64,000 nt of DNA. Source: Escherichia phage vB_EcoM_phAPEC6. A model generated the notes under the pieces. It was given only the letters and a program-made list of their open reading frames with translations. It did no database searches and had not been told where the DNA came from. Shown here piece after piece: positions 10,595 through 20,210 of this stretch. The stretch lies in the sequence record MK817115.1; one strand, 5' to 3'. Each line of letters begins with the position of its first letter. Position 1 is the stretch's first letter. The position numbers and the translations under genes are program-made.

Positions 10595-10940
10595 AATTTA
10601 CCTCATATGTATTGTAACACCACGGTTTAACAATATCGATTTGTATATCATTTGCTTCATGAAAATGTTTAAGTACCTTCTGGTATTCCATTATTTCGTA
10701 CACATCTTCAGTACTTATAGTGCTCTCCTGAAATAATTCCTCTTCTGATAAAGTACTATAATCAGGGATTTTTATTTCTGAATATATATCATTTATCTTT
10801 CCATTATATTGATAAATCTGGATATAAAATTGATTGTATTCTGGAATATAGGTTACATAATGGTTGTGGTTGATTACATATCTTGAAACAAAGTATTCAG
10901 TACCATCAGTCATGTACTGAATTGTTGTCGTATTTTGCAT
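10578..10940 (-). CDS. family A paralog
   Basis: ORF track 120 aa; motif EEELFQESTIST. Confidence 0.7.
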   Translation of the reverse strand: MQNTTTIQYMTDGTEYFVSRYVINHNHYVTYIPEYNQFYIQIYQYNGKINDIYSEIKIPDYSTLSEEELFQESTISTEDVYEIMEYQKVLKHFHEANDIQIDIVKPWCYNTYEVNYVRND

Positions 10941-11400
10941 TCAAATAATCCACGCATTTATAGTATACTGCTAAATCTAAAAAGAATCGTTGTTTGTATT
11001 TGTAATGATGAAGTAGTGCACCATAAAATAACATAGCATTAAGTACTTTTGTATCATTAATCAATGATTTCTGAAAGTACATTTCCTCTGACATGAATAC
11101 TAAATCATTATATGGAACTTGTACTGCTTCTCTAAATGTATCAATATTAATCTTCAAATCAGACCCAGGGCAATATGAAATGTATTCTGCTTTGTAATGA
11201 AAGTCATTATTATCAAAGTACTCCGCGTAGATTTGATTACCTCTACCATTAGTAAATGCTAGTCTTCCTTTAGATGAACTGAACTCATCGTATTGAAACA
11301 TACCACCAAAAGGTTTAGGACTTCTGAACTCCTTTGCAATGCGATAGATATTTTCTGCAAATTCTAAAACACCATCGTAATCATATTCTGTAGTAATCAT
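10906..11400 (-). CDS. family A paralog
   Basis: ORF track 164 aa; motif EEMYFQKSLIND. Confidence 0.7.
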   Translation of the reverse strand: MITTEYDYDGVLEFAENIYRIAKEFRSPKPFGGMFQYDEFSSSKGRLAFTNGRGNQIYAEYFDNNDFHYKAEYISYCPGSDLKINIDTFREAVQVPYNDLVFMSEEMYFQKSLINDTKVLNAMLFYGALLHHYKYKQRFFLDLAVYYKCVDYLNAKYDNNSVHD

Positions 11401-11873
11401 AAACCATTTTTCTCCAGGTACTCAATAATACAATCGACATTGTTCAGGTCCAAGTAGAAATGATCACTATCGGAATTTAGTTCATTTTTAAGGGCTGTTA
11501 AAATCACTGAACTGAAAACAATCCTCTCTGGATACACAGTACTGTACTGGAAGAACTCTTCTTCAGTGTTAATTACAATCGTATCAAATGCTTCATTTAT
11601 AAGAAGATGATTGTAGTATTTGAAATTATCTGAACTTGGGAAATGGTATGAAATAAAATCACCACTTGGTACTTCATCAAGCACTCTAATACTACAAGTT
11701 GATTCATCTGAGCTATAGAGTAACCCATCCATAAAGGAAAGATATCCATTTCGTTTAATAACTTTATTTTTATCAATTAAAAAATCTTCAGTAACATTCG
11801 CAAGGAATTTATAAACCCTGATAATGTCTTTTGCTATTTTTTGTGCATTGCTAAATGATAGGTCTTTGGACAT
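11397..11873 (-). CDS. family A paralog
   Basis: ORF track 158 aa; motif EEEFFQYSTVYP. Confidence 0.7.
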   Translation of the reverse strand: MSKDLSFSNAQKIAKDIIRVYKFLANVTEDFLIDKNKVIKRNGYLSFMDGLLYSSDESTCSIRVLDEVPSGDFISYHFPSSDNFKYYNHLLINEAFDTIVINTEEEFFQYSTVYPERIVFSSVILTALKNELNSDSDHFYLDLNNVDCIIEYLEKNGL

Positions 11874-11932
11874 TGTGTTATAACCCTTTACAATTAATAT
11901 AAAGGGATTATATCACAAAAAATCGGTGGGTG

Positions 11933-12517
11933 TCAAGAGTGGTTGCGAAGTTCTACCATTTCTTCCCAAACTAATTGGTAATCTTCTAAGTCCAGATAGA
12001 AGTCTTCATTCCAGTGCTCATGAAAGTACTTATACATGAATAGAACTCCTAAATCGTATGCAGGAAACAATAATGATAGTTGAAAGTAGTATTCCTGATT
12101 TAAAACTATATCAATAAACTCTAATGTACGTATGCCACCTTTCGATGAACGTATCTCAATGTGTGAGGTATCCTTCATACTGTAACACATGAAACCACCT
12201 CTAAATTCTGGATCATATTCACATTCGAACTGCTCACTGTTGTTATAGAAATCTCTCCCACTTTCTTGATCTTTCGGTCTACGTACTGATACATGAATAT
12301 TTTTATCACGGTACATTGAACGATTTAGTATTTTCAAACATTTGAACTTATCTTCTTTAATGAACTTGATAATATCAATTATATCTTGTGCTGTACTGAT
12401 AGCTGATTCGAATGTATCCAACTTAAGATGATTATATTGGGTTCCAGAGTTCATTTTTTTATCTAACATATAAACCTCATAATTCATACATTTTTGATTT
12501 GAACTGCATATGACCAC
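11933..12517 (-). CDS. family A paralog
   Basis: ORF track 194 aa; motif QEYYFQLSLLFP. Confidence 0.7.
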   Translation of the reverse strand: MVICSSNQKCMNYEVYMLDKKMNSGTQYNHLKLDTFESAISTAQDIIDIIKFIKEDKFKCLKILNRSMYRDKNIHVSVRRPKDQESGRDFYNNSEQFECEYDPEFRGGFMCYSMKDTSHIEIRSSKGGIRTLEFIDIVLNQEYYFQLSLLFPAYDLGVLFMYKYFHEHWNEDFYLDLEDYQLVWEEMVELRNHS

Positions 12518-12818
12518 CTATTTCACATGGATAACAATTCATAATTTTGTTCAATAGAATCTGGTATTTTTTAATAACTTCTATATCAATTTTTATATTA
12601 CTATTAAAAACTAATGATTCTTGAAATAATTCCCCCTCGTCAAGTGAAGTAAAATCATTTATCTTCAAGGGTATATTGTTGCATCGCAAGGAGAATGTAT
12701 TTTCATCACGAATTAAAGTATAGAAATCATTATGTTTTTTATTATAATCAAATTTAACAAGTAGTAGTTTAATATGAGTAGCGTACATTACTTTAACTAA
12801 TTCAGATTCACGTCGCAT
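12477..12818 (-). CDS. family A paralog
   Basis: ORF track 113 aa; motif EGELFQESLVFN. Confidence 0.7.
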   Translation of the reverse strand: MRRESELVKVMYATHIKLLLVKFDYNKKHNDFYTLIRDENTFSLRCNNIPLKINDFTSLDEGELFQESLVFNSNIKIDIEVIKKYQILLNKIMNCYPCEIGGHMQFKSKMYEL

Positions 12819-13240
12819 ACAATACCTCTCTTATGATGCAAACATTCTTGCATAATGTGTTGTATTTTTCGTAACAGAAACACATCCAGTTCATTAAAAA
12901 CAGTACTGTACTGGAACATCTCTTCTTCCCCGTACTCAGTTAAATCATCAATTTCATCTCTAGAAACAGCTACAATATTAAAACCACGTGTACTACAATA
13001 ACCCTTAGTAAGATAATATATGTACTTGTACTCTCCGTTGATATCTAAGAGATCTTGTGTGATACAGAAGCTTTTGGGTGACAGTTTATCATCAGGAACC
13101 ATATGCCTTGCTTGTACATAGCAACGGATACCATCACCTATACTATATGTAATAACTTCAAATTCAATCTTCATAGGTGAATATAATCCTTTTATATTGC
13201 TCAGGTGCAGTACTGAAACGTTTGATTGGATAATTATCAA
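12797..13240 (-). CDS. family A paralog
   Basis: ORF track 147 aa; motif EEEMFQYSTVFN. Confidence 0.7.
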   Translation of the reverse strand: MIIIQSNVSVLHLSNIKGLYSPMKIEFEVITYSIGDGIRCYVQARHMVPDDKLSPKSFCITQDLLDINGEYKYIYYLTKGYCSTRGFNIVAVSRDEIDDLTEYGEEEMFQYSTVFNELDVFLLRKIQHIMQECLHHKRGIVCDVNLN

Positions 13241-13526
13241 AGATTCTTTTCATTTCTTTCTGGATTAAACATAAGAAATCAAAGTTACAATCGTACTTAT
13301 TATCCCATACTAAACTTTCTTGGAATAACTCATCCTCTTGCATTAGTGTAGTGTCAATTACATCTTCACGGACATAGCTATATACTTCATAGCTCTTGAA
13401 GCCATCTTCTGATAATTCTAATTCATATGCAGCCATATCAAACATATCATCATGGTTTGTCTTCAAAGATATTAAACAAGTAACTAATTTTTTAGTTGTA
13501 TAGTATGTAATACTTAATGTGTTCAT
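13164..13526 (-). CDS. family A paralog
   Basis: ORF track 120 aa; motif EDELFQESLVWD. Confidence 0.7.
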   Translation of the reverse strand: MNTLSITYYTTKKLVTCLISLKTNHDDMFDMAAYELELSEDGFKSYEVYSYVREDVIDTTLMQEDELFQESLVWDNKYDCNFDFLCLIQKEMKRIFDNYPIKRFSTAPEQYKRIIFTYED

Positions 13527-13531
13527 TTGTT

Positions 13532-14134
13532 TTATACCTCAGTATATAGCTTACAATAGCTTTCATCGAAATTACAAACACTTCTCAAGTACTGACACAG
13601 GTCATTGAAAATATTTACATTTGATATATATACATTATCAAATTCTGTTCGTTGAAAGAATGTATACATAGAATTTGTAATATATCGCATTGCATCTTCA
13701 CGTCCCATAGTTATATCATTTGTGAACATTGCATCTTCATCAGTACTGATGTGTTCTATTTTAAATGATTTCATAAATGGAATACTCTTTCCTAGGGCAT
13801 AACCATCACCATATGATGCTTCTACTGCACCTTTGGAATAAAGGAATTGATATAAGTCCGAATCACGATTATAAAAAGTACGACATACGGAGGAACATAA
13901 TTTATTATCTATATGAAATAAAAATCTTTTAGCATTTTTGTCTAATACTATTCGCAATGCATCACTCTCTAGAAATATATCACCATCAAGCATAAATGAG
14001 AACTGTACTAATGCTTTTTCTAAATCCGCTCGTTTGTGATAAATCATTTCCTGCATATATATAATATCATTTGCTAATTTCTTAAAAAACAAATGCACAT
14101 CTGCACTACAACATTTATTTGCATTTATTGACAT
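13532..14134 (-). CDS. hypothetical protein, possibly divergent family A
   Basis: ORF track 200 aa; weak motif EDAMFTNDITMG. Confidence 0.55.
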   Translation of the reverse strand: MSINANKCCSADVHLFFKKLANDIIYMQEMIYHKRADLEKALVQFSFMLDGDIFLESDALRIVLDKNAKRFLFHIDNKLCSSVCRTFYNRDSDLYQFLYSKGAVEASYGDGYALGKSIPFMKSFKIEHISTDEDAMFTNDITMGREDAMRYITNSMYTFFQRTEFDNVYISNVNIFNDLCQYLRSVCNFDESYCKLYTEV

Positions 14135-14685
14135 AATAGTTCCTTATACATATGATGTACTTTACAAATCTCATTATAGTATTTCATATCAATGTCATTT
14201 GTATTAAAAACGGAAACAGACAATACTGCTAACTTATCAATTAAGTAATTATTATCGGCGTACTGTTTTAACTTATTGAACATATAGATGCATTTTATAC
14301 TTAATTCATCATGCAACACACTGTTCTGAAAAATATTCTCTTCAGTATTAGGAGATAAGTAATCTTCAATTATATACGATAAACTACTATCGCAATCTTT
14401 ATAGATTGAAATTGATGGATGTAATGTGTCATACATTACACTAAACAGATCACCGTCATATGTGGATATTAAACTATTATTGGAAACAGTAGGATGATAA
14501 TATTTCAGTACTGAAAACTTTGAACAATCAGTGCAGTAAAAATGATCCATCCCTCGACGACTTTCGTATGAGAATAGTTTACTTGTATATTCAATCCCTT
14601 TGGTGCGACGGATTGTTTCATGCATTTCTGCACATTGCATTAAAATTACCATACGTTCAAACGCAAGATCTAAATCATCGTACAT
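14125..14685 (-). CDS. family A paralog
   Basis: ORF track 186 aa; motif EENIFQNSVLHD. Confidence 0.7.
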   Translation of the reverse strand: MYDDLDLAFERMVILMQCAEMHETIRRTKGIEYTSKLFSYESRRGMDHFYCTDCSKFSVLKYYHPTVSNNSLISTYDGDLFSVMYDTLHPSISIYKDCDSSLSYIIEDYLSPNTEENIFQNSVLHDELSIKCIYMFNKLKQYADNNYLIDKLAVLSVSVFNTNDIDMKYYNEICKVHHMYKELLCQ

Positions 14686-14866
14686 AACGGATATCCTTCT
14701 TCAACGAATTAATATATTCCAAAATAACTTGTTCCTGATATTGGGTTCCCAAGTACATCAGTACTTTCAACTCTTTGAATTCAGTACTATATGAGTCTGT
14801 TTGCATCATTCTAGTAGAATATATATTGAATAGTTTAGCAATATCATCTTGGTCTATTATTTTCAT
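14675..14866 (-). CDS. family B paralog (LGTxxQE motif small protein)
   Basis: ORF track 63 aa; motif YLGTQYQEQVILEYINSL. Confidence 0.6.
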   Translation of the reverse strand: MKIIDQDDIAKLFNIYSTRMMQTDSYSTEFKELKVLMYLGTQYQEQVILEYINSLKKDIRYVR

Positions 14867-15062
14867 TAACCCTCTTCTGTATTAGTTCCTGTAAGTGCTG
14901 AATATAACCCTTCATTGCAACATCCTGTTTGTTAGAGCCAACGAAGAACAAGAGCTTAAAGTCATGGTAATCCATTTTTGGTTTAGTAGTGAACCATATG
15001 TCCCACACTGCACTCACAGTTCTCATGTATTCAATTCGATTAAATGTTTTTGAATACTTCAT
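14844..15062 (-). CDS. family B-like paralog
   Basis: ORF track 72 aa; motif FVGSNKQDVAMKGYIQHL. Confidence 0.5.
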   Translation of the reverse strand: MKYSKTFNRIEYMRTVSAVWDIWFTTKPKMDYHDFKLLFFVGSNKQDVAMKGYIQHLQELIQKRVNENNRPR

Positions 15063-15576
15063 CGATGTTCATTGCCAATAAGTTAATATACAAATTACTG
15101 TTAAATGCTATCTGCAATTCCATATAGAACTGAATGATTGCATAGTCAGGGTCAGTACACGATAGTTGAAAACACTGTTCGTCGAATGCATTGTAATTGT
15201 ACTTAGGGATGTGAATTTCACGCTTCAAATCAGGTTGCCCCCACTTCATCGCGTACACACCAATGTTATTGTTCTTTTTCCTTTTCTTAAATGTTAATTG
15301 TTGAATATTTCCTGCGTTATCCAGGAAAATAGAATTATTCGACACAGGTGCACCAATAGAAAACAATGATGTATCAATTACGTGTTTCTCACGTACATCA
15401 CACTTCTGAAATGCACCTGTACCCTGTAATACACGATGAAAATTGTACTTCTCATTAACAACAGTACTAGGATCAATTAAACCAGTACTGCATTTTTTGA
15501 GTACTGGTACGATGATACGAATCTTTTTTGATAAATCTTGTAATGCATCAAAGTCATTGATGTTAACTTTCATCAC
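15040..15576 (-). CDS. family A-like paralog
   Basis: ORF track 178 aa; motif DEQCFQLSCTDP. Confidence 0.65.
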   Translation of the reverse strand: MMKVNINDFDALQDLSKKIRIIVPVLKKCSTGLIDPSTVVNEKYNFHRVLQGTGAFQKCDVREKHVIDTSLFSIGAPVSNNSIFLDNAGNIQQLTFKKRKKNNNIGVYAMKWGQPDLKREIHIPKYNYNAFDEQCFQLSCTDPDYAIIQFYMELQIAFNSNLYINLLAMNIDEVFKNI

Positions 15577-16022
15577 TCAAATGTGGCCTCTTCAGTAGTA
15601 ACAAAATTGATTAGTGTATCCAGTTCAGCAGTGTCAAGATAAAATACATCCAGTACTGATTTCTGATATATTACACTGAATGTGCATAGATTGTCAAGCG
15701 TTCCTTGTTCATAAACAGTACTACCCTGGAAGTACCCTTCTTCAGTACTCAGGGATAAAATGTCTGAAATTTTAAAAGATTCTTCAGTCGCATGTCTTTC
15801 TATATTAACTAAATGTCCGTTTCGGTTCAATGAAATATAATCGTATGCTAACTCAATTAGACTATAATTATCCGCATTAGTGTCAAATAAAGCGACAATT
15901 TTTCGTCTCAATCTCTCATCGTGATCATGGTTTTCATCAGCTAAGTATTCAGGATTTTCTTTGAAGAACTTAACAACTTTTAGAATATCATTTGCTTTCT
16001 TGATTGCACTTTCGTAACTCAT
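15573..16022 (-). CDS. family A paralog
   Basis: ORF track 149 aa; motif EEGYFQGSTVYE. Confidence 0.7.
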   Translation of the reverse strand: MSYESAIKKANDILKVVKFFKENPEYLADENHDHDERLRRKIVALFDTNADNYSLIELAYDYISLNRNGHLVNIERHATEESFKISDILSLSTEEGYFQGSTVYEQGTLDNLCTFSVIYQKSVLDVFYLDTAELDTLINFVTTEEATFE

Positions 16023-16327
16023 AATAATTCAACCACTCCATCTCTAAAGTACATATAACTACCACCATTGGATACTGTGAATTCTATTGTCCCCAATAAT
16101 ATATTATATTTTTTTATTTCACATGTAGTACTTGTAGTGTAAGGCTCACCATCTCCTAAGTACATTGACATATGACATAGAACTTTTCTACCAGCATATT
16201 TCTCTTCAAACGATTGTTCAAAACTATGCATAATTTGATTTAAAGCTGAAATGTAATTAATAAAGTCAGGTATTTCTGTCAATGAATTATAAACCGTACA
16301 AAGTGAATCAAATTCATTTTTAGTCAT
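16019..16327 (-). CDS. hypothetical protein (102 aa)
   Basis: ORF track; packed in array. Confidence 0.6.
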   Translation of the reverse strand: MTKNEFDSLCTVYNSLTEIPDFINYISALNQIMHSFEQSFEEKYAGRKVLCHMSMYLGDGEPYTTSTTCEIKKYNILLGTIEFTVSNGGSYMYFRDGVVELL

Positions 16328-16641
16328 TATATTTCTATCTCAATGTAATCCTGTGTGATTAAGTAATCCCAATGATACTTCACCTGCTTTTGTAATTCAA
16401 TTAACGTAAAGAAGTTGATCGATTTATCCCATACGAGCGATTCCTGGAAAATAAATGATTCATGTTCATCGTAATAATCACACTCTAAAAAATCAGGTAT
16501 ATATTCACTATCGTGAATGTATTCAACAAACGAACTAGCTTGGCATTTCTTTACTACTAGTAATAATGAATTATCATGATCAAACAGATACAATAAACTA
16601 ATTTCACCAGGGACGTACTGAACACTGAATAAGTTTTTCAT
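16327..16641 (-). CDS. family A paralog
   Basis: ORF track 104 aa; motif ESFIFQESLVWD. Confidence 0.7.
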   Translation of the reverse strand: MKNLFSVQYVPGEISLLYLFDHDNSLLLVVKKCQASSFVEYIHDSEYIPDFLECDYYDEHESFIFQESLVWDKSINFFTLIELQKQVKYHWDYLITQDYIEIEI

Positions 16642-17090
16642 TCTATACCTTCTGGATCTTTACGAAGTTCTTCGAAATCCAAATAAAATCGAGGACAGTT
16701 AACACTCTTTAAATACCACATAATAACTAATGCTTCAAGTACTTCATCATCGTAAACAGTACTGTTTTGGAAGTAATACTCTTCACTATCCCACGGACCA
16801 TCCAGTACTTCATAATTCAAAATTAATGGTTTTTTGCGATTAATAAAACGAATGCTACCATTTTCAACATAACTAATAAATTCTGCATCTCTATTGTATT
16901 CAGAAAACGATATAGGACTATTGGAATTCAACCCAAGAATAACCCTTACACCAACGGAGTTATTATACATTTCATCTTTGTAGTAGTTGCCGTTCTCGGC
17001 TTTGTACACTTCTTTGAACTTTCCTGCCTTTATATCGTCAAAGTATCCATGTAGTTCTTTTGCTTTTTCAAGAGCACTTTGTAATGACAT
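16638..17090 (-). CDS. family A paralog, MSLQSALEKAK subfamily
   Basis: ORF track 150 aa; N-term MSLQSALEKAK, motif GPWDSEEYYFQNSTVYD. Confidence 0.75.
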   Translation of the reverse strand: MSLQSALEKAKELHGYFDDIKAGKFKEVYKAENGNYYKDEMYNNSVGVRVILGLNSNSPISFSEYNRDAEFISYVENGSIRFINRKKPLILNYEVLDGPWDSEEYYFQNSTVYDDEVLEALVIMWYLKSVNCPRFYLDFEELRKDPEGIE

Positions 17091-17556
17091 TACCTTCTCC
17101 TACAGTATTCTCTACATATTCATAATCAAAATAGAAACTACTGGAGTCAATACTTTTGAAATACCACATAATCACAATAACATCCAGTTCTTCTTCATTG
17201 TACAACGTACTATTCTGGAAGTAATACTCTTCACTATCCCACGGACCTTCTAGTACTGAATAAGGAATGATAGTGTCATCAGCATCACTATCTGTGTTGT
17301 AGATGGTAATATCTTCATTACGGCAATAACTAATGTACTGATTGTACATATGATATTCACAGTTATCACTGTCACCAGTATCAGTGTGCAGTACTAATGT
17401 TTCTGCACATATCTCGGACTCGTCATAATCGTCACGGTCTTTTACAAAAAATTCAGTATCAGATGTTTTATATACACCTGGAACTGAACCTTCTTGTACC
17501 ATAATCATATACTCATGAATCTTCTTTGCTTCTTTCAATGCACTTTGTAACGACAT
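17068..17556 (-). CDS. family A paralog, MSLQSALEKAK subfamily
   Basis: ORF track 162 aa; N-term MSLQSALKEAK, motif GPWDSEEYYFQNSTLYN. Confidence 0.75.
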   Translation of the reverse strand: MSLQSALKEAKKIHEYMIMVQEGSVPGVYKTSDTEFFVKDRDDYDESEICAETLVLHTDTGDSDNCEYHMYNQYISYCRNEDITIYNTDSDADDTIIPYSVLEGPWDSEEYYFQNSTLYNEEELDVIVIMWYFKSIDSSSFYFDYEYVENTVGEGNVITKCS

Positions 17557-17999
17557 TACAAATCCCCTGAACTTAAATATTCACATGCTCCCCAGTCAAG
17601 AAAGAATGGTTCAAAATTCAATTCCTTAAAGTACCACAACACAACCAAGGAATCAAGCATTTCTTGGTTAAAAATGAAACTCTGTTGGAAGTAATACTCT
17701 TCAGTACCCCACGGGCCATCAAGTACCCCGAAGTCAACAGGTGCATTTGATGTGTCAAACGTAATCTTAGTACCTGGAATATATACAAAAAAACTAGTAT
17801 ATTGACTACATGAAGAGTACTGTATAGTATTGTCTTTATCCTGTCCCATAAGTAAAATATCATCAGAGTATGTCTTTATACCTGATAGATAATACTCATC
17901 ACCAAATGCACTTACTTTATCACCATAGAACCCACTTTTTATGTTATCGTGGAAGTGATGTATTCTGTGTGCTAGTTCAAGTGCACTTGCTAAACTCAT
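17556..17999 (-). CDS. family A paralog, MSLQSALEKAK subfamily
   Basis: ORF track 147 aa; N-term MSLASALELAH, motif GPWGTEEYYFQQSFIFN. Confidence 0.75.
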   Translation of the reverse strand: MSLASALELAHRIHHFHDNIKSGFYGDKVSAFGDEYYLSGIKTYSDDILLMGQDKDNTIQYSSCSQYTSFFVYIPGTKITFDTSNAPVDFGVLDGPWGTEEYYFQQSFIFNQEMLDSLVVLWYFKELNFEPFFLDWGACEYLSSGDL

Positions 18000-18466
18000 A
18001 TATCCTCTTTAATAACTCGTAGTAGATCCAAGTCCAAATAGAAGCTAGGACAATCTGTATTATTAAAGTACCACAGAATGACAAGCTTGTCAAGTACATC
18101 TTCCTCGTAGATAGTATTCTGCTGGAAGTAGTACTCTTCACTTCCCCAGTCATTATCCAGTACTGAATACGGAAGATGTTTCTCTGCTGCACCAGATATA
18201 ATGTCAGAATCTTGTATTAAAATATCAGCATCACGACAGAAGTACATGTAATTATCTTCCAAATTAACATCACACCCATTGAGTGTTGTTTCAGAAGAAT
18301 CTAAGTTTTCTTCATACATGTGAATGTACTCACTACTGTCATCGTATCTCATTCGACAATAAGATTTACCTTCCTTGAATAGATATCCATTGAGACAATT
18401 TGCTACAATTTCTTTGCTGCATAAATCAATTAACTTCGCAATCTCTAATGCTCTTTCTAAACTCAT
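17996..18466 (-). CDS. family A paralog, MSLQSALEKAK subfamily
   Basis: ORF track 156 aa; N-term MSLERALEIAK, motif NDWGSEEYYFQQNTIYE. Confidence 0.75.
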   Translation of the reverse strand: MSLERALEIAKLIDLCSKEIVANCLNGYLFKEGKSYCRMRYDDSSEYIHMYEENLDSSETTLNGCDVNLEDNYMYFCRDADILIQDSDIISGAAEKHLPYSVLDNDWGSEEYYFQQNTIYEEDVLDKLVILWYFNNTDCPSFYLDLDLLRVIKEDI

Positions 18467-18467
18467 T

Positions 18468-18959
18468 TTAACCCCTGTTAATACCGTTATCTACAGTTTT
18501 CTTTACGTATTTGTAATCGAAATAGAAGTTCCCAGAACCAATACTTTTAAAGTACCACATAATTATAATAACATCAAGTACTTCATTATCGTATACAGTA
18601 CTTTGTTGGAAGTAATACTCTTCACTATCCCACGGACCTTCCAGTACTTCACTCGGAATTATAATGTCATCGGAATCGCTATCAGTACTGTAGATGGTAT
18701 CTGTATCATTAATATAGACCATGTACTCATTATGCATATTAATGAAGCATTCATAATCATTAGGGTCGGTATCCAGTACACACGTTTCTGTATCCAGTAC
18801 GCACGTTTCTGTATCTGAGCAGTCATTATAAAGGAGGTTATCCGGTACATAATATTGAGTACTTGTGTCTTTGAAAACACCGTAAACTGAACCTTCTTTT
18901 GCCATATTCATGTACTCATGAATCTTCTTTGCTTTTTCCAATGAACTCTGTAATGTCAT
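18468..18959 (-). CDS. family A paralog, MSLQSALEKAK subfamily
   Basis: ORF track 163 aa; N-term MTLQSSLEKAK, motif GPWDSEEYYFQQSTVYD; contains in-frame 21-nt tandem duplication (ETCVLDT x2). Confidence 0.75.
   Translation of the reverse strand: MTLQSSLEKAKKIHEYMNMAKEGSVYGVFKDTSTQYYVPDNLLYNDCSDTETCVLDTETCVLDTDPNDYECFINMHNEYMVYINDTDTIYSTDSDSDDIIIPSEVLEGPWDSEEYYFQQSTVYDNEVLDVIIIMWYFKSIGSGNFYFDYKYVKKTVDNGINRG
18771..18812 (-). repeat. 21-bp perfect-frame tandem duplication inside CDS
   Basis: gtatccagtacacacgtttct / gtatccagtacgcacgtttct adjacent copies; encodes ETCVLDT twice. Confidence 0.7.
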
Positions 18960-18968
18960 TTTATAATC

Positions 18969-19328
18969 TCATATATTGAAATAATAATTATTCGTTCTTG
19001 ATGGGGATGGATTAAATACGTTTTCTTTTTCAAATCTCTTCATTTCATTTTGCAAAGAAACCATTTCTTCAAATGTACAGGAGTACTTATTCTTATCAAA
19101 CACTAATGCAGCCTGAAATAGTTCACCATCGTCCAGTACTGTATAATCTATAAGACTCTCAGATTCATAGTCATAGTCGTCATGTGATACATGAATAAAT
19201 TTAAAACAAGAATCTTTGTAATGCATATATAAACTCAACTCATGTTCCGAGTCGCCCTTAATAAGATTACAGCACAAGTCCCATCCTTTAGGTAACTTAT
19301 AATAGTACATAGAATAATCATATGTCAT
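18969..19328 (-). CDS. family A paralog
   Basis: ORF track 119 aa; motif DDGELFQAALVFDKNKYSCTFEEM. Confidence 0.7.
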   Translation of the reverse strand: MTYDYSMYYYKLPKGWDLCCNLIKGDSEHELSLYMHYKDSCFKFIHVSHDDYDYESESLIDYTVLDDGELFQAALVFDKNKYSCTFEEMVSLQNEMKRFEKENVFNPSPSRTNNYYFNI

Positions 19329-19681
19329 TCTTGAATTCCTAAATTGAATTTGTATTCTTGATTAATACTTGCATTGGGTTTATGCAAAGCAGCATACTCT
19401 TTCATTTCATTTTGTATTGCAATAACTTCTTCAAATGTACACAAGTACTTCTTATCAAATACTAATGATTCTTGGAATAGTTCTGCGGTATCCATTAATG
19501 TATAGTCCGGCATATCTTGGTGTGGATACTGTAATGAACTGTAATCAATGAATGTAAATTTACCCTGAGTGTAATGAATATACTCATTTGCACTGTGCAT
19601 TAAATCACCTTTGTTTAAATTACAAAAGTACTGATAACTGTGCTTGAAAGTATGTACTGATATTAAAAAATCAAATTCCAT
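19325..19681 (-). CDS. family A paralog
   Basis: ORF track 118 aa; motif DTAELFQESLVFDKKYLCTFEEV. Confidence 0.7.
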   Translation of the reverse strand: MEFDFLISVHTFKHSYQYFCNLNKGDLMHSANEYIHYTQGKFTFIDYSSLQYPHQDMPDYTLMDTAELFQESLVFDKKYLCTFEEVIAIQNEMKEYAALHKPNASINQEYKFNLGIQE

Positions 19682-20052
19682 CAGTACTCAACCTCTACAT
19701 AAATAGATTCAGGAAACTTAGTCATATAATCTTCTGGATAGTTCTGCATTACTTTGATCATTTCTGCCTGTGTAGCACGGACGTATTCAATTGGTGCTCC
19801 TGGTAAATTCCAGACAGTACTTTCCTGAAAGAATTCCTCTTCTGACAGTACTGTCAGATTTACAAAATCATTACGGTAATTTTTTGAATCATCATATGTG
19901 AAGATTTTAAAAGACCCATTTTCATATAGTACAAGAACAAAATGGGAGAATTTTTGTAATGCACCACCAAGGCTTTCCACGACCGCATGATTCAGTGTAC
20001 AGATGACCTCTTTTTTCCTCATACCGAATTGAATTCTAATTTCTTTTTTCAT
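19681..20052 (-). CDS. family A paralog
   Basis: ORF track 123 aa; motif EEEFFQESTVWN. Confidence 0.7.
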   Translation of the reverse strand: MKKEIRIQFGMRKKEVICTLNHAVVESLGGALQKFSHFVLVLYENGSFKIFTYDDSKNYRNDFVNLTVLSEEEFFQESTVWNLPGAPIEYVRATQAEMIKVMQNYPEDYMTKFPESIYVEVEY

Positions 20053-20210
20053 AAAATCTCCTTCAGATTAGTACTGAATTTGTACAGAATATTAGAACTG
20101 TATACAGCCTCTGTATCTGTATCCATAATCAAATCACCTTTGTTTAAATTACAAAAGTACTGATAACTGTGCTTAAAAGAATGTACTGATATTAAAAAAT
20201 CAAATTCCAT
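20049..20210 (-). pseudogene. truncated duplicate of the 5' end of gene 19325..19681 (family A remnant)
   Basis: approx. 80 bp at 20132-20211 nearly identical to 19603-19682 including start codon; resulting 53-aa ORF begins MEFDFLISVHSFKHSYQYFCNLNKGDL then diverges. Confidence 0.4.

Noticed and set aside
16638-18959. Resemblance of the family A core (EEYYFQNS, EEGYFQGS) to the potyviral NIa/TEV protease cleavage consensus E-x-x-Y-x-Q-(S/G)
   Set aside because: About half the members have L or F instead of Y, and the motif is followed by a conserved hydrophobic segment, so it looks like a fold core and not a linker. No protease gene was recognised. Most likely coincidence.
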